This document shows, piece by piece, positions 29,892-39,019 of a stretch of DNA of 64,000 nt; position 1 is the stretch's first letter; the number at the start of each line of letters is the position of its first letter. This DNA is from an uncultured Nitrospiraceae bacterium (GTDB lineage Bacteria; Nitrospirota; Nitrospiria; Nitrospirales; Nitrospiraceae). A program made the translations under genes and the position numbers. The stretch is from NCBI GenBank assembly GCA_963730935.1, contig CAVSTP010000002.1:256001-320000 (forward strand), read 5' to 3'. The notes beneath the pieces were generated by a model that searched no databases, was not told where the DNA came from, and was given only the letters and a program-made list of their open reading frames with translations.

Positions 29892-30203
29892 ATGATGCGA
29901 TCGAGCGTGTGGGTGCTGGCCCTGTGCCTGTTCATTTCTGGCTGCGGAGGCAATCCGTACCTCGAACAGTCACTGAAGCCGGCCGAGTTGCAGGGGAAAG
30001 ACAAGGCCTGGTTTCTCAAGAACTGGGGCGAACCCAGCGGCAAAGCGCCCCGTTTTTTCGGCGGCGAAACCTGGACCTATTATCGTATCGCCGGCGGCAA
30101 GTCGGGCCCGCCGTTCTTCAACTTCTCGCCCAATCAGTGTGAAATTACGCTCAAGTTCGACAAGGAAGAAAAACTCGACGACTACGGTTATTCCGGGTGC
30201 TGA
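29892..30203 (+). CDS. Small lipoprotein
   Basis: ISGC lipobox; WGEP and ETWTY, SmpA/OmlA-like pattern. Confidence 0.7.
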   Translation: MMRSSVWVLALCLFISGCGGNPYLEQSLKPAELQGKDKAWFLKNWGEPSGKAPRFFGGETWTYYRIAGGKSGPPFFNFSPNQCEITLKFDKEEKLDDYGYSGC

Positions 30204-30214
30204 CCAACCCGCAG

Positions 30215-30445
30215 CTCAATGCTCCCTCCGAGCTTGCTCGTCTCCCCTTTTCCATTTGAGCCAAAGCATCTAAACGGGTGGCGCCGGTCCTGGCGACGTT
30301 CTCACCCACCCAACCAACCGCTTCCGCACGGGCAGGGTGAGGGCGCACGTCGCGATACATAAAGAGCGCGACGTTTGTGTGCGCCGTCGAGTTGATGAGG
30401 TGGCCGGGCCGGATAGGCTGACCGGCGACAGGACCCGCGCTCGCT
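30215..30445. repeat. Putative intergenic repeat element between convergent genes (boundaries approximate)
   Basis: Shares the 13-mer TTCTCACCCACCC (30299-30311) in inverted orientation with the MITE (20484-20496). Confidence 0.4.
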
Positions 30446-30450
30446 AGCTC

Positions 30451-30699
30451 CTACCCCGTCATCTGCTTTTGGAACGCCGCTGCACAGCCCTGACTGCAGA
30501 AACAATACGTCTGACCTCCGATGACCTCGATCACCGCTGAGCCTCTGGGAACAAACACCCGGCAAACAGGATCCTGCACCATCTGATCCTTGCTCTTCGG
30601 TAGCCGCTCGGGCTGCCGGTTTCCGAATTCCCGAAAGGCGCTGCGGAGAAGGAAATAGAGGACGATAAGTAGGATTAGAATGAAGATGATTCTATACAT
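30451..30699 (-). CDS. YHS/TRASH-domain membrane protein
   Basis: N-terminal TM, MVQDPVC, YCFCSQGC. Confidence 0.85.
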   Translation of the reverse strand: MYRIIFILILLIVLYFLLRSAFREFGNRQPERLPKSKDQMVQDPVCRVFVPRGSAVIEVIGGQTYCFCSQGCAAAFQKQMTG

Positions 30700-30916
30700 A
30701 GTGGATGGACGACCGTGCCGCCACAATCCTATGGGATGGTCGTTATTCTGTCAACAATGCTCCTGACTGATAATTTTTTAAAAACCAACGAGTTGATAGA
30801 ACCCGTCATAGCACAAACGGCCTAGCCTCCTGCCTTTCTTCAGGGCCTAAATCCCATCTTTTCCCCGTACTTCCGATGGATAGGCAGGTTCGAAGGTGAA
30901 TGTTACAGTCACCTTC

Positions 30917-31069
30917 ATGAAGACCTGTGATAAATGTCGCGGAACAATGTTACCGGAGCGGGCAGTGGACTTGGATGCCGGGCTGGCGATCACCGTATTC
31001 GCATGTTTGAACTGTGGTCGTCGGAAGGCAGCGGATCAGGAACCTCGTCCTCTTACGGCTAGATATTGA
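30917..31069 (+). CDS. 50-aa CxxC...CxxC zinc-finger microprotein (absent from the ORF track)
   Basis: Manual translation: MKTCDKCRGTMLPERAVDLDAGLAITVFACLNCGRRKAADQEPRPLTARY*. Confidence 0.65.
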   Translation: MKTCDKCRGTMLPERAVDLDAGLAITVFACLNCGRRKAADQEPRPLTARY

Positions 31070-31355
31070 CGCGATGACCAATTTCCCTCGTTTCTGACGA
31101 GCATGAAGCCGCCCGTGCGGAGCTGCGGGTTTCATCGGGTGATGCAGCAGTCTGATCCCCCTTCGTTTTGATCCCAACCGCTCCCCGCTTCCTTTTTCAC
31201 CATCGCTGTCCCACGCTAACACGTGACATGCATCTTGCGTGTCTCGGGACAGCAGTCCAACTTGAGTTTCAGCGGTTCGTTCTCTGTTGGATTTTGGTTG
31301 GGGAAGAGAACACACTCCTACAACATAATAAATAAGGGATTTCAAGTTAGCGTAG

Positions 31356-31391
31356 TTGACTGAGCATGTGTCCGGCTATAGCATCCGGACA
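31356..31391 (+). promoter_or_regulatory. Leaderless sigma70-like promoter with an overlapping inverted repeat
   Basis: TTGACT-17-TAGCAT-6-ATG; TGTCCGG(31369-75)...CCGGACA(31385-91). Confidence 0.55.
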
Positions 31392-31720
31392 TGCGACGGA
31401 TGGCCATATTTCTCACTTGTTTGCTGCTTGTCCTAACGTTCAATGCTTATGCCTGTCTATTGCCTTTACCTACGCCATCAGGCATGGATTGTTCCTCGGA
31501 TTCCCACGAGCCGGTTCGACAAACTTGCGACGCGTTTCTTGAAATAGGACCGCATTCTGAATTTTCTTCTAACCCTAGCGTTACCGCCCTGCACTTCGAT
31601 TTTGCTGTTCCTGCCCAAATCATCCATGTTGTCTTCTTTGTTTCTCAACCAGACCAGCTCCCACGCAGTCGCGACACCCCGGTTCATTCGTCGATTCAAT
31701 CCACGGTCCTGAGAATTTGA
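31391..31720 (+). CDS. Small exported Cys/His protein (resembles small proteins preceding metal-efflux operons)
   Basis: Signal peptide ending AYA-C, further Cys/His residues, C-terminal STVLRI. Confidence 0.55.
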   Translation: MRRMAIFLTCLLLVLTFNAYACLLPLPTPSGMDCSSDSHEPVRQTCDAFLEIGPHSEFSSNPSVTALHFDFAVPAQIIHVVFFVSQPDQLPRSRDTPVHSSIQSTVLRI

Positions 31721-31809
31721 TACCTCCTTCGAGTTTCGATCCTCGAAACTTGGTGCGCCTCCGTGTGCCCTCAGAGCGGCATAGCCCGAGGCGAGAAGGA
31801 GGATTATCA

Positions 31810-32217
31810 ATGAGAAAACCTCGATTCTGCTTGCTGAAGGTCACGAGCTGGTTCTCGCTGGGCTGCGTGCTCTTTTGGAGCGACACTATGATCTGGTCGG
31901 CACTGCGCAGGACGGTCTGTCAGTCCGTCAGAGAGGCTCGGCGATTGCACCCAGATCTCATCCTGATGGATGTCGCCTTGCCACGGATCAGCGGATTGGA
32001 AGCGGGCCTACGGCTGCGACAACAGGAGCCGAAGGTCAAACTTTTGTATCTTTCCATGTATGGAGATAAGGAGTACGTCGAAGAAGCCTTGCGGATCGGA
32101 GCTTCAGGATATGTACTGAAAGGCTCGGGGCTGGGAGTATTGTTCCGCGCCATCGAGTTTGTCCTCGCCGGAAAGCAATATGTGTCGCCGGAATTGTCTT
32201 TCAGGGGAAATTCCTAA
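31810..32217 (+). pseudogene. NarL-type receiver-domain gene with compensating frameshifts and no HTH domain
   Basis: The alternative frame over ~31824-31922 reads ILLAEGHELVLAGLRALLERHYDLVGTAQDG; the main frame resumes with PDLILMDVALPRISG...LSMY...GASGYVLK. Confidence 0.75.
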
Positions 32218-32388
32218 ACCGCGGGTCGCACGTTCAGGATTCGGTTGGGGAGAAACAACGGTCAGTAGCTGGAAAACGTATGTGTGAGAGAATGGCCGCG
32301 ATCAGCCAGAGATGATGCAAGTCAGCGGGAGATCAGAATTCACAAGACAGGAAGGCGTTTGTAAACTTTTCACCTAAACCAGAGGAGA

Positions 32389-33192
32389 TTACTTCAATGA
32401 CAAAACATCCATCATGTCGTACAGCCCAGGAGGCTGTTTGACGACCCAGCTCGCCGCTCGTAAGGCGCCTCGTGCGAAGGTGTCGCGGCTGCTGGCCCGA
32501 TGGGTGACTTCGATTCGTTCCCCCATTCCGCCGAAAATGATCGTGTGGTCCCCCACAATGTCCCCGGCGCGAATCGTCTGGATGCCGATTTCCCGTTGCT
32601 TCCGTTCTCCGACCAAACCCTTGCGAGCATAGACACCGACCTGATTCAGATCACGGTTGACGGCGCGCGCCAATACTTCAGCAATCTTGAGCGCGGTTCC
32701 ACTCGGGGCATCCCTCTTCATGCGGTGATGAGCCTCGATGACTTCGATGTCATACTCATCTCCCAAGGTCCTGGCCATTTCGCTGATCACCTTATAGATC
32801 AGGTTCACTCCGACACTCATATTGGGAGAGAACATGCAGGGGACCTGCCGGGTCAATGACTTGAGTTCGTCCAATTGGGCGGTATTGAATCCCGTCGTCC
32901 CAATCACCATCGCCCGTCCACGTTCGGCGACTGCGCGGAGATGCCCCAGTGTTGCTTCGGGCGCCGAAAAATCTATGACAACCTCGGCCCGATCAAGCAA
33001 GCCGGGAAGATCGTCGGTGATCAGAACGCTCATTTTACCGACACCGGCCGTTTCACCGGCATCCAGTCCAAGCGCCGGATGGCCCTTCCCTTCGATGGCT
33101 CCAGCCAGCGCCAAATCACTGGACTCTTTGATCAAAGCGATCAACCGGCTTCCCATTCGGCCAGCAGCCCCAGCAACAATAACCTTGATCAT
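32389..33192 (-). CDS. dapB: 4-hydroxy-tetrahydrodipicolinate reductase
   Basis: GAAGRMG, IDFS, IGTTG, EAHHRMKRDAPSGTA. Confidence 0.96.
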   Translation of the reverse strand: MIKVIVAGAAGRMGSRLIALIKESSDLALAGAIEGKGHPALGLDAGETAGVGKMSVLITDDLPGLLDRAEVVIDFSAPEATLGHLRAVAERGRAMVIGTTGFNTAQLDELKSLTRQVPCMFSPNMSVGVNLIYKVISEMARTLGDEYDIEVIEAHHRMKRDAPSGTALKIAEVLARAVNRDLNQVGVYARKGLVGERKQREIGIQTIRAGDIVGDHTIIFGGMGERIEVTHRASSRDTFARGALRAASWVVKQPPGLYDMMDVLSLK

Positions 33193-33220
33193 GGACGTGA
33201 GCTTTCAGGGATGGGAAAGG

Positions 33221-34093
33221 TTAGACCAACCGCATTTCTTTCAGGACGCGGGTCAACTGGTTGCGATTGTCCGCGCTCATGGCGCACAGGGGCAACCGTA
33301 GTTCCGGATCGATCTTGCCCATCATCCCCATCGCTTCCTTCACTGGAATAGGGTTCGTTTCAAAGAACAATGCGGCAAAAAGCGGCGAGAGCAGGAAATG
33401 GATACGACGCGCTTCGTCGATGCGGCCGGCCTGGAACGAAGCGACCAGCTGGGACATCTCTTTCGGCATGATGTTGGCCGTCACGGTGATGACGCCTTTG
33501 GCCCCCACGGCCATCATGGGCAGAGTTAGCGCATCGTCACCGGCCAGAACGGTCAGGCGATCTCCGCAGGCCTGTGCAATGTCGGAGGCCTGCTGGACGG
33601 AGCCGCTGCCCTCCTTGACTCCGACGATGCTTTTCATCACCGCAAGACGCGCGACCGTCGCTGGCAACATGTTGACCCCGGTGCGGCCGGGAATGTTGTA
33701 GAGCACCAGAGGAATGTCGACGGCCTCGGCTACGGCCTTATAATGGCGATACAATCCTTCCTGCGTCGGCTTGTTGTAATAGGGCGTGATGAGCAGCGCC
33801 CCATCTGCACCGGCCTCTTTGGCGTGTCGAGTGAGCGAGATCGCTTCGTCGGTACTGTTGGAACCCGTCCCGGCGATGACCGGCACCCGGCCCTTGACGA
33901 CTTCGACGCTGAGCCGGATGACCCGGTGATGCTCGTCATGCGTCAACGTCGCCGATTCTCCCGTCGTGCCGCAAGGCACGATGCCGTTCGTGCCGTTCGC
34001 GATCTGCCATTCAATAAGATCGCCGAACGTCCGCTCATCGACCTTGCCGTTCCGGAACGGCGTCACAATTGCGACTATTGACCCGCGAAACAT
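33221..34093 (-). CDS. dapA: 4-hydroxy-tetrahydrodipicolinate synthase
   Basis: GTTGES, PYYNKP, LYNIPGRT, GVKE, ETNPIPVK. Confidence 0.96.
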   Translation of the reverse strand: MFRGSIVAIVTPFRNGKVDERTFGDLIEWQIANGTNGIVPCGTTGESATLTHDEHHRVIRLSVEVVKGRVPVIAGTGSNSTDEAISLTRHAKEAGADGALLITPYYNKPTQEGLYRHYKAVAEAVDIPLVLYNIPGRTGVNMLPATVARLAVMKSIVGVKEGSGSVQQASDIAQACGDRLTVLAGDDALTLPMMAVGAKGVITVTANIMPKEMSQLVASFQAGRIDEARRIHFLLSPLFAALFFETNPIPVKEAMGMMGKIDPELRLPLCAMSADNRNQLTRVLKEMRLV

Positions 34094-34159
34094 GGACGCT
34101 CCTTAGATAAGGAAACGGAAAGGGCTGAACCGCTTTGATGCGCATCCGGCATGCGCCGG

Positions 34160-35422
34160 TCAGCTCAAGAAGGCCGGAATCGTCTCGCCTCGAACAAGAT
34201 CATCATAACTCTCGCGCGCACGGATCACATGCACCTCATTGTCCTTGACCAACACTTCCGGCACCCGCGGCCGCGAATTGTAGTTGGAGGCCATGACGAA
34301 TCCGTAGGCGCCCGCGCTCATGACGGCCAGCAAGTCACCCGGTTTGACCTCCGGTAATGAACGGTCCTTGGCCAGGAAATCGCCCGATTCGCAGACCGGT
34401 CCCACCACATCGACTGAGTGCTTCGGCCGGTGCAAGAGGGCTTCGGACACCGGGCGGATGTCATGATAGGCGTTGTACAGGCTCGGCCGAATCAGGTCGT
34501 TCATGGCCGCATCTACGATGACGAATCGTTTGCTCTCCCCGATTTTTTCATACAGGGCCTTGGTCACCAGGATGCCCGCATTGCCGACTATCACGCGGCC
34601 CGGTTCCATGACCAGCGTGAGGTCCAATCCCTTGACGAGCGGCGAGAGGGCCTCGGCCAGTTCGTGCGGCAACGGTGGTTTTTCGTCGGAATAGGTAATG
34701 CCCAGCCCGCCGCCGATATTGAGATACCGGATGTTGGTCCCCTGCCCTTTGAGTCTGTCGACGAGTGCAAGGACTTTTTTCAAGGACTCGACGAAGGGCG
34801 TCACTTCGGTCAACTGGGAGCCGATGTGCGCGTGGACCCCCACGACGTGAATGTGCCGGAGCGTCGAGGCCACACGAAATTCTTCCAAGGCACGGTCGGC
34901 GGCGATGCCGAACTTGCTCTTCTTGAGGCCGGTTGAAATGTAGGGATGCGTCTTGGGATCGATGTCGGGATTGATTCGCAGGGCCACGGGCGCAATCTTG
35001 CCGACGGAGGCTGCCACGTCATTGATGGCGTGCATCTCCGCCGACGATTCGATGTTGAACATCAGAATCTCGGCCTTCAAGGCATCACGGATCTCCTCCG
35101 CGTTCTTCCCGACCCCCGCAAACACAATCTTCGATGGGGGCACGCCGGCCTTCAAGGCGCGGAATAGCTCGCCGCCGGACACAATATCGACACCGCTGCC
35201 CTCCTTCGCCATCAGGCGCAGAACCGCCAGATTGGAGTTGGCCTTCATGGCGAAGGCAATCAGATGAGGAATATTCTTGAATGCGCTGTCATAGGCCCGG
35301 ATATGCCGAATGAGGGTCGCGTGGCTGTAAATGTAACAGGGCGTGCCGACCTGCTTGGCAATCTGGCTCACCGGCACCTGCTCGCAATACAACTCGCCCT
35401 GGCGGTATTCGAAATTATGCAT
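34160..35422 (-). CDS. lysA: Diaminopimelate decarboxylase
   Basis: FAMKAN, DIVSGGE, HIGSQ, EPGR, GPVCESGD, YNSRPR. Confidence 0.96.
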   Translation of the reverse strand: MHNFEYRQGELYCEQVPVSQIAKQVGTPCYIYSHATLIRHIRAYDSAFKNIPHLIAFAMKANSNLAVLRLMAKEGSGVDIVSGGELFRALKAGVPPSKIVFAGVGKNAEEIRDALKAEILMFNIESSAEMHAINDVAASVGKIAPVALRINPDIDPKTHPYISTGLKKSKFGIAADRALEEFRVASTLRHIHVVGVHAHIGSQLTEVTPFVESLKKVLALVDRLKGQGTNIRYLNIGGGLGITYSDEKPPLPHELAEALSPLVKGLDLTLVMEPGRVIVGNAGILVTKALYEKIGESKRFVIVDAAMNDLIRPSLYNAYHDIRPVSEALLHRPKHSVDVVGPVCESGDFLAKDRSLPEVKPGDLLAVMSAGAYGFVMASNYNSRPRVPEVLVKDNEVHVIRARESYDDLVRGETIPAFLS

Positions 35423-37340
35423 CCTGAAAATCCTCGATCAGCATTTCCAAGCCCGCCAGCGACAGGCCTTGCATCGATGTCTCGAAGGCATCCTTGAACT
35501 TGCGATATCGCACCTTCACATTCGGGACGGCGGCCTTGATGGCGTCCGAATCGATGAGCGCTTTCAGCGCGTCTGGAGCGGCGAGCTTGAGATGCTCAAA
35601 ATTGACGATCACGTCCATCTTCGCCTTTTCGGCCGCTTCTCTGATTCGATTGATCAGTTCATGGACATTGAGGTGGTCCAATGCTCCTTCGAGGTCCATG
35701 AACAACGCGGCAAATTTATCGTGCCGCTTCACTTTGATATTCAACGTCAATTGCTGCGCAGAAGGCGCTTTCGGATCAAACCGCTGTTTGAGTGCATGCA
35801 GCGCGCTGGGAATGAGTTGATCCGGATCGAGCACGGGAAGCTTCGCCTGCAGATTCTTGAGCACGGAGGCAAGCGGAGACAATGTCCCCTTCGGACAGCT
35901 CCGTTTTACCAGTTTGCGGAATTCACGGTTCATCTCCCACCGAGCGACCAACCGCTGCTTCGTGCCGGCCAGGCGGTACCAGATGTTAGGCAGGGAATAG
36001 AACTGATGGTTCGCCCAGTGAAACCCTTCTTGAAGCTGTTGCGGGGTCATCCGGCTCGGCTGAAACACCACATGTTTTCCGTCGTACTTGGACCAATCCC
36101 GGTCGAAAATGCGTCCGGCATTGTTGTACCGATCGAAGAGCGCCGTTCCTGGCAGCGGTGTGAGCACGTTGAAGTAAGCGAGCTCCACATGGTTTTTCGT
36201 CAGGAAATCGACGGCCCGCTCAAACACCGCTTCGTCGTCGTTGTCGAATCCGAAGACGATGCCCGGATTCACCATGATGCCGTATTTATGGAACATTTTG
36301 ATCTCTTCCGCAAACTTCTGGACGCGATTGAACGGTTTGTTGGTTTCATCCAGACAGTCTTCGTCAAGCGATTCCATCCCGACAAACACCGAGACGCAGC
36401 CGCTTTCGGCGGCCAGCTTGACCATCTCCTCGTCGTCGCCCAGAAACAGCGTGGACTGGCACCCCCACTTGAGCTTGAGGGGCTTGAGCGCTGTCCAGAG
36501 CTCACGGCAGTAGGCCCGGTTGCTGTTGTGCAGGTCGTCGACGAAGGCCACGATGCTGCCGTCTTCGATGCCCACTCGGATCTTTACTGTCGCGAGGAAG
36601 GCGCGCCACAGCGGTTCATCGCGGATACGTTCGACCAGTTCGCTTCGAACCCACCGCTGCACGTTCGTTAATTCTGCCACCACCTCATCGACCGGCCGGC
36701 GCCTGGTGGTCTTGCCGTTAAACGGAGAGACGCTGCAAAACTCGCAATCGAAATGGCACCCTCTGGTCGTGAAACTGCACTGCCGGGTCATGTAGGAATC
36801 GGGGCTAAGCAATTCGACGCGGGGACTCCTGTAGCGCTCCAGCGACGGAAACGCCGTCATCTTGTAGATGCGCTGCATGGCGCCGGCTTCATAATCCGCC
36901 ACCAATCGAGGCCATAAGTCTTCGGCCTCGCCGCAAACAATGGCATCGGCATGCTGGAGGGCTTCGTCCGGACAATAGGTCGGATGCACGCCTCCCATGA
37001 CCACGGTTTTGCCCCGCTTTCTGAATTCCTTCGCGATCTCGTAGGCCCGCGGCGCATAGCAGGTCATGATCGAGAGACCAACCATGTCGCAGGGAGTATC
37101 AAAGTCGATGTCTTCCACCGCTTCATCCACCAAATCGACGTCCCAGGACTCCGGGGTATAGGCCGCGATCGTGGGTAGGCTCAGCTTCGGGAACCAAACG
37201 GCTCGTCGCTCCGAGGCGGTGAGATGGTATTGGTTGTTTCGAGGATAGGGATCGACGAGTAGGAGCCGCTTACCGACTTGAGGCTTGAACGGTTGTCCAT
37301 GTCGCGTCGGTTGTATCAGTGCCATCGGTTCCTCCTCCAC
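35415..37340 (-). CDS. Cobalamin-binding radical SAM protein with a C-terminal extension
   Basis: B12-binding region (VVMGGVHPT, GEAE), TRGCHFDCEFC, GMES, GFDND, TPLPGT; start GTG 37340 or ATG 37325. Confidence 0.88.
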   Translation of the reverse strand: MEEEPMALIQPTRHGQPFKPQVGKRLLLVDPYPRNNQYHLTASERRAVWFPKLSLPTIAAYTPESWDVDLVDEAVEDIDFDTPCDMVGLSIMTCYAPRAYEIAKEFRKRGKTVVMGGVHPTYCPDEALQHADAIVCGEAEDLWPRLVADYEAGAMQRIYKMTAFPSLERYRSPRVELLSPDSYMTRQCSFTTRGCHFDCEFCSVSPFNGKTTRRRPVDEVVAELTNVQRWVRSELVERIRDEPLWRAFLATVKIRVGIEDGSIVAFVDDLHNSNRAYCRELWTALKPLKLKWGCQSTLFLGDDEEMVKLAAESGCVSVFVGMESLDEDCLDETNKPFNRVQKFAEEIKMFHKYGIMVNPGIVFGFDNDDEAVFERAVDFLTKNHVELAYFNVLTPLPGTALFDRYNNAGRIFDRDWSKYDGKHVVFQPSRMTPQQLQEGFHWANHQFYSLPNIWYRLAGTKQRLVARWEMNREFRKLVKRSCPKGTLSPLASVLKNLQAKLPVLDPDQLIPSALHALKQRFDPKAPSAQQLTLNIKVKRHDKFAALFMDLEGALDHLNVHELINRIREAAEKAKMDVIVNFEHLKLAAPDALKALIDSDAIKAAVPNVKVRYRKFKDAFETSMQGLSLAGLEMLIEDFQDA

Positions 37341-37394
37341 TTCAGCATAGTTCTTATCAGAGCCGTGTAACGACTCGATTGGTTGTTCACGCAG

Positions 37395-37616
37395 TTACCG
37401 GGTCCCCACCGGAAACAACGGCGGGAGGTCCACATCCTGGCCCAACGGTTCAGGGACAGGCTGGAATTCTTCGGCTTCACGTTTCGCGGCCTCGGCATCC
37501 AGCTTCTTTTGCCGCTCGATTGTAGGCGCCACTCCAACATCCTCGGGAGGAATCGGCGATCCGACGGTCCCGCAGGCTGCCAACGACCAGATCGCGAGCA
37601 CCACCATGGCCATCAC
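37395..37616 (-). CDS. Small lipoprotein (LptM/YifL-like position)
   Basis: LAAC-G lipobox followed by SPIPPE; overlaps the argH stop. Confidence 0.65.
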   Translation of the reverse strand: MMAMVVLAIWSLAACGTVGSPIPPEDVGVAPTIERQKKLDAEAAKREAEEFQPVPEPLGQDVDLPPLFPVGTR

Positions 37617-39019
37617 GATAACATCCGCTCGAGCTGTTTGATCCGCTGCTCGACCTGTCCTCTGGCAGTCCCGCCGATCTGGGTTTTGCGGTCGATCGCC
37701 GCCTGCACGGTCAATCGTGCGAAGACGCTTTTGTCGAAGCGGTCGGAGAAGTGACGAAGTTCCTCGAGCGTAAAGGACGTGAGCTCACGTCCACGCTCCA
37801 ATGCGGAACGCACCACCCGCCCGGTGACGCCATGGGCTTCTCGAAAGGGCATGCCCTTGCTGACGAGATAATCGGCCAGCTCGGTCGCCAGCAGCCCGCC
37901 ACCTTGAACGGCCTGCTTCAGGCTCTCCCGGTTTACTTTGAGCCGACGCATCAGTTCCGTCAAGACTTGAAGGGATGTCGTGACCGTGTCCAATGCATCG
38001 AACAAGGCCGGCTTGTCCTCTTGCAAGTCCCGATTATAGCTCAAGGGGAGGGCCTTCATCATAGTCAAAAGATTAATCAATTGGCCGTACACCCGGCCTG
38101 TTCGCCCCCGGATCAGCTCAGGCACGTCGGGATTCTTTTTTTGCGGCATCATGCTGCTCCCGGTGCAAAACCCCTCCGGGAGGTCGACGAACTGGAATTC
38201 CTGCGAAGACCACACGATCAACTCTTCGCTCAGCCGCGACAAATGCATCATCGTAATCGACAGCGCTGCCGCACTCTCGATCATGAAGTCACGGTCAGAG
38301 ACGGCATCCAGGCTGTTGGTCGTCAGTTGGGGAAACCCTAGGAGGCCTGCCGTATACCAACGATCAATGGGGTAATTGGTGCCGGCCAGTGCCCCAGATC
38401 CCAGCGGCATCACGTTCAACCGTTTCTGCGCATCCTGGATGCGACCCTTGTCGCGCTCGAGCATGTCAACGTAGGCGAGGAGATGGTGCGCAAACAGAAC
38501 CGGTTGGGCCCTCTGTAAGTGGGTGTAGCCGGGCATGGCGACCGTGCGGTGCGCCTTCGCCTTGGCCACCAGAACGCGCTGGCACTCCTGAAGCCGCTTG
38601 GCAAAATCTTCCAGCTGACCGCGCAGGTAGAGCCGGATGTCCAGCGCGACCTGGTCGTTGCGACTCCGTCCCGTGTGCAGTTTGCCCCCCAGGGGACCAA
38701 TCAGCTCCGTGAGCCGCCGTTCAACTGCCATGTGAATGTCTTCGTCCTGAGGCGTAAATTTAAATCGGCCTCGATCCAACTCGGTTTTCACGGCCTCGAG
38801 GGCCCGCACGATCGTCCGGGTCTCGCTCGACTTCAGGACGCGCGCCTTCTCCAACGTCTTGCAGTGGGCGATGCTGCCCTGGATGTCCTGCGCGTACAGC
38901 CTGCGATCGACGGACACCGAACCGGTGAAGGCTTCAACTAGACGGTGCGTCCGTTCCCGAAATCGACCACCCCAGGCCTTTCCATCGGCAAGACCGTTGC
39001 CTCTCCGCACCTTGGTCAT
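37613..39019 (-). CDS. argH: Argininosuccinate lyase
   Basis: WGGRF, EDIH, HTGRSRNDQ, GYTHLQRAQP, GSSMMPQKKNPD. Confidence 0.97.
   Translation of the reverse strand: MTKVRRGNGLADGKAWGGRFRERTHRLVEAFTGSVSVDRRLYAQDIQGSIAHCKTLEKARVLKSSETRTIVRALEAVKTELDRGRFKFTPQDEDIHMAVERRLTELIGPLGGKLHTGRSRNDQVALDIRLYLRGQLEDFAKRLQECQRVLVAKAKAHRTVAMPGYTHLQRAQPVLFAHHLLAYVDMLERDKGRIQDAQKRLNVMPLGSGALAGTNYPIDRWYTAGLLGFPQLTTNSLDAVSDRDFMIESAAALSITMMHLSRLSEELIVWSSQEFQFVDLPEGFCTGSSMMPQKKNPDVPELIRGRTGRVYGQLINLLTMMKALPLSYNRDLQEDKPALFDALDTVTTSLQVLTELMRRLKVNRESLKQAVQGGGLLATELADYLVSKGMPFREAHGVTGRVVRSALERGRELTSFTLEELRHFSDRFDKSVFARLTVQAAIDRKTQIGGTARGQVEQRIKQLERMLS

Noticed and set aside
30829..30890. c-di-GMP-I riboswitch (GGGCCTAAA resemblance)
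   Set aside because: The GGCAAACC...GAAA...GGACGCAAAGC part is absent; kept only as an unexplained structure.
30950..31345. Minus-strand 131-aa ORF
   Set aside because: No recognisable motif; the plus-strand CxxC microprotein explains the region better.
35343..36671. Long alternative ORFs (this 442-aa one, also 7014-7883, 17568-18443, 23719-24615, 41287-42144)
   Set aside because: They are antisense shadows of well-supported genes in high-GC DNA and show no motifs.
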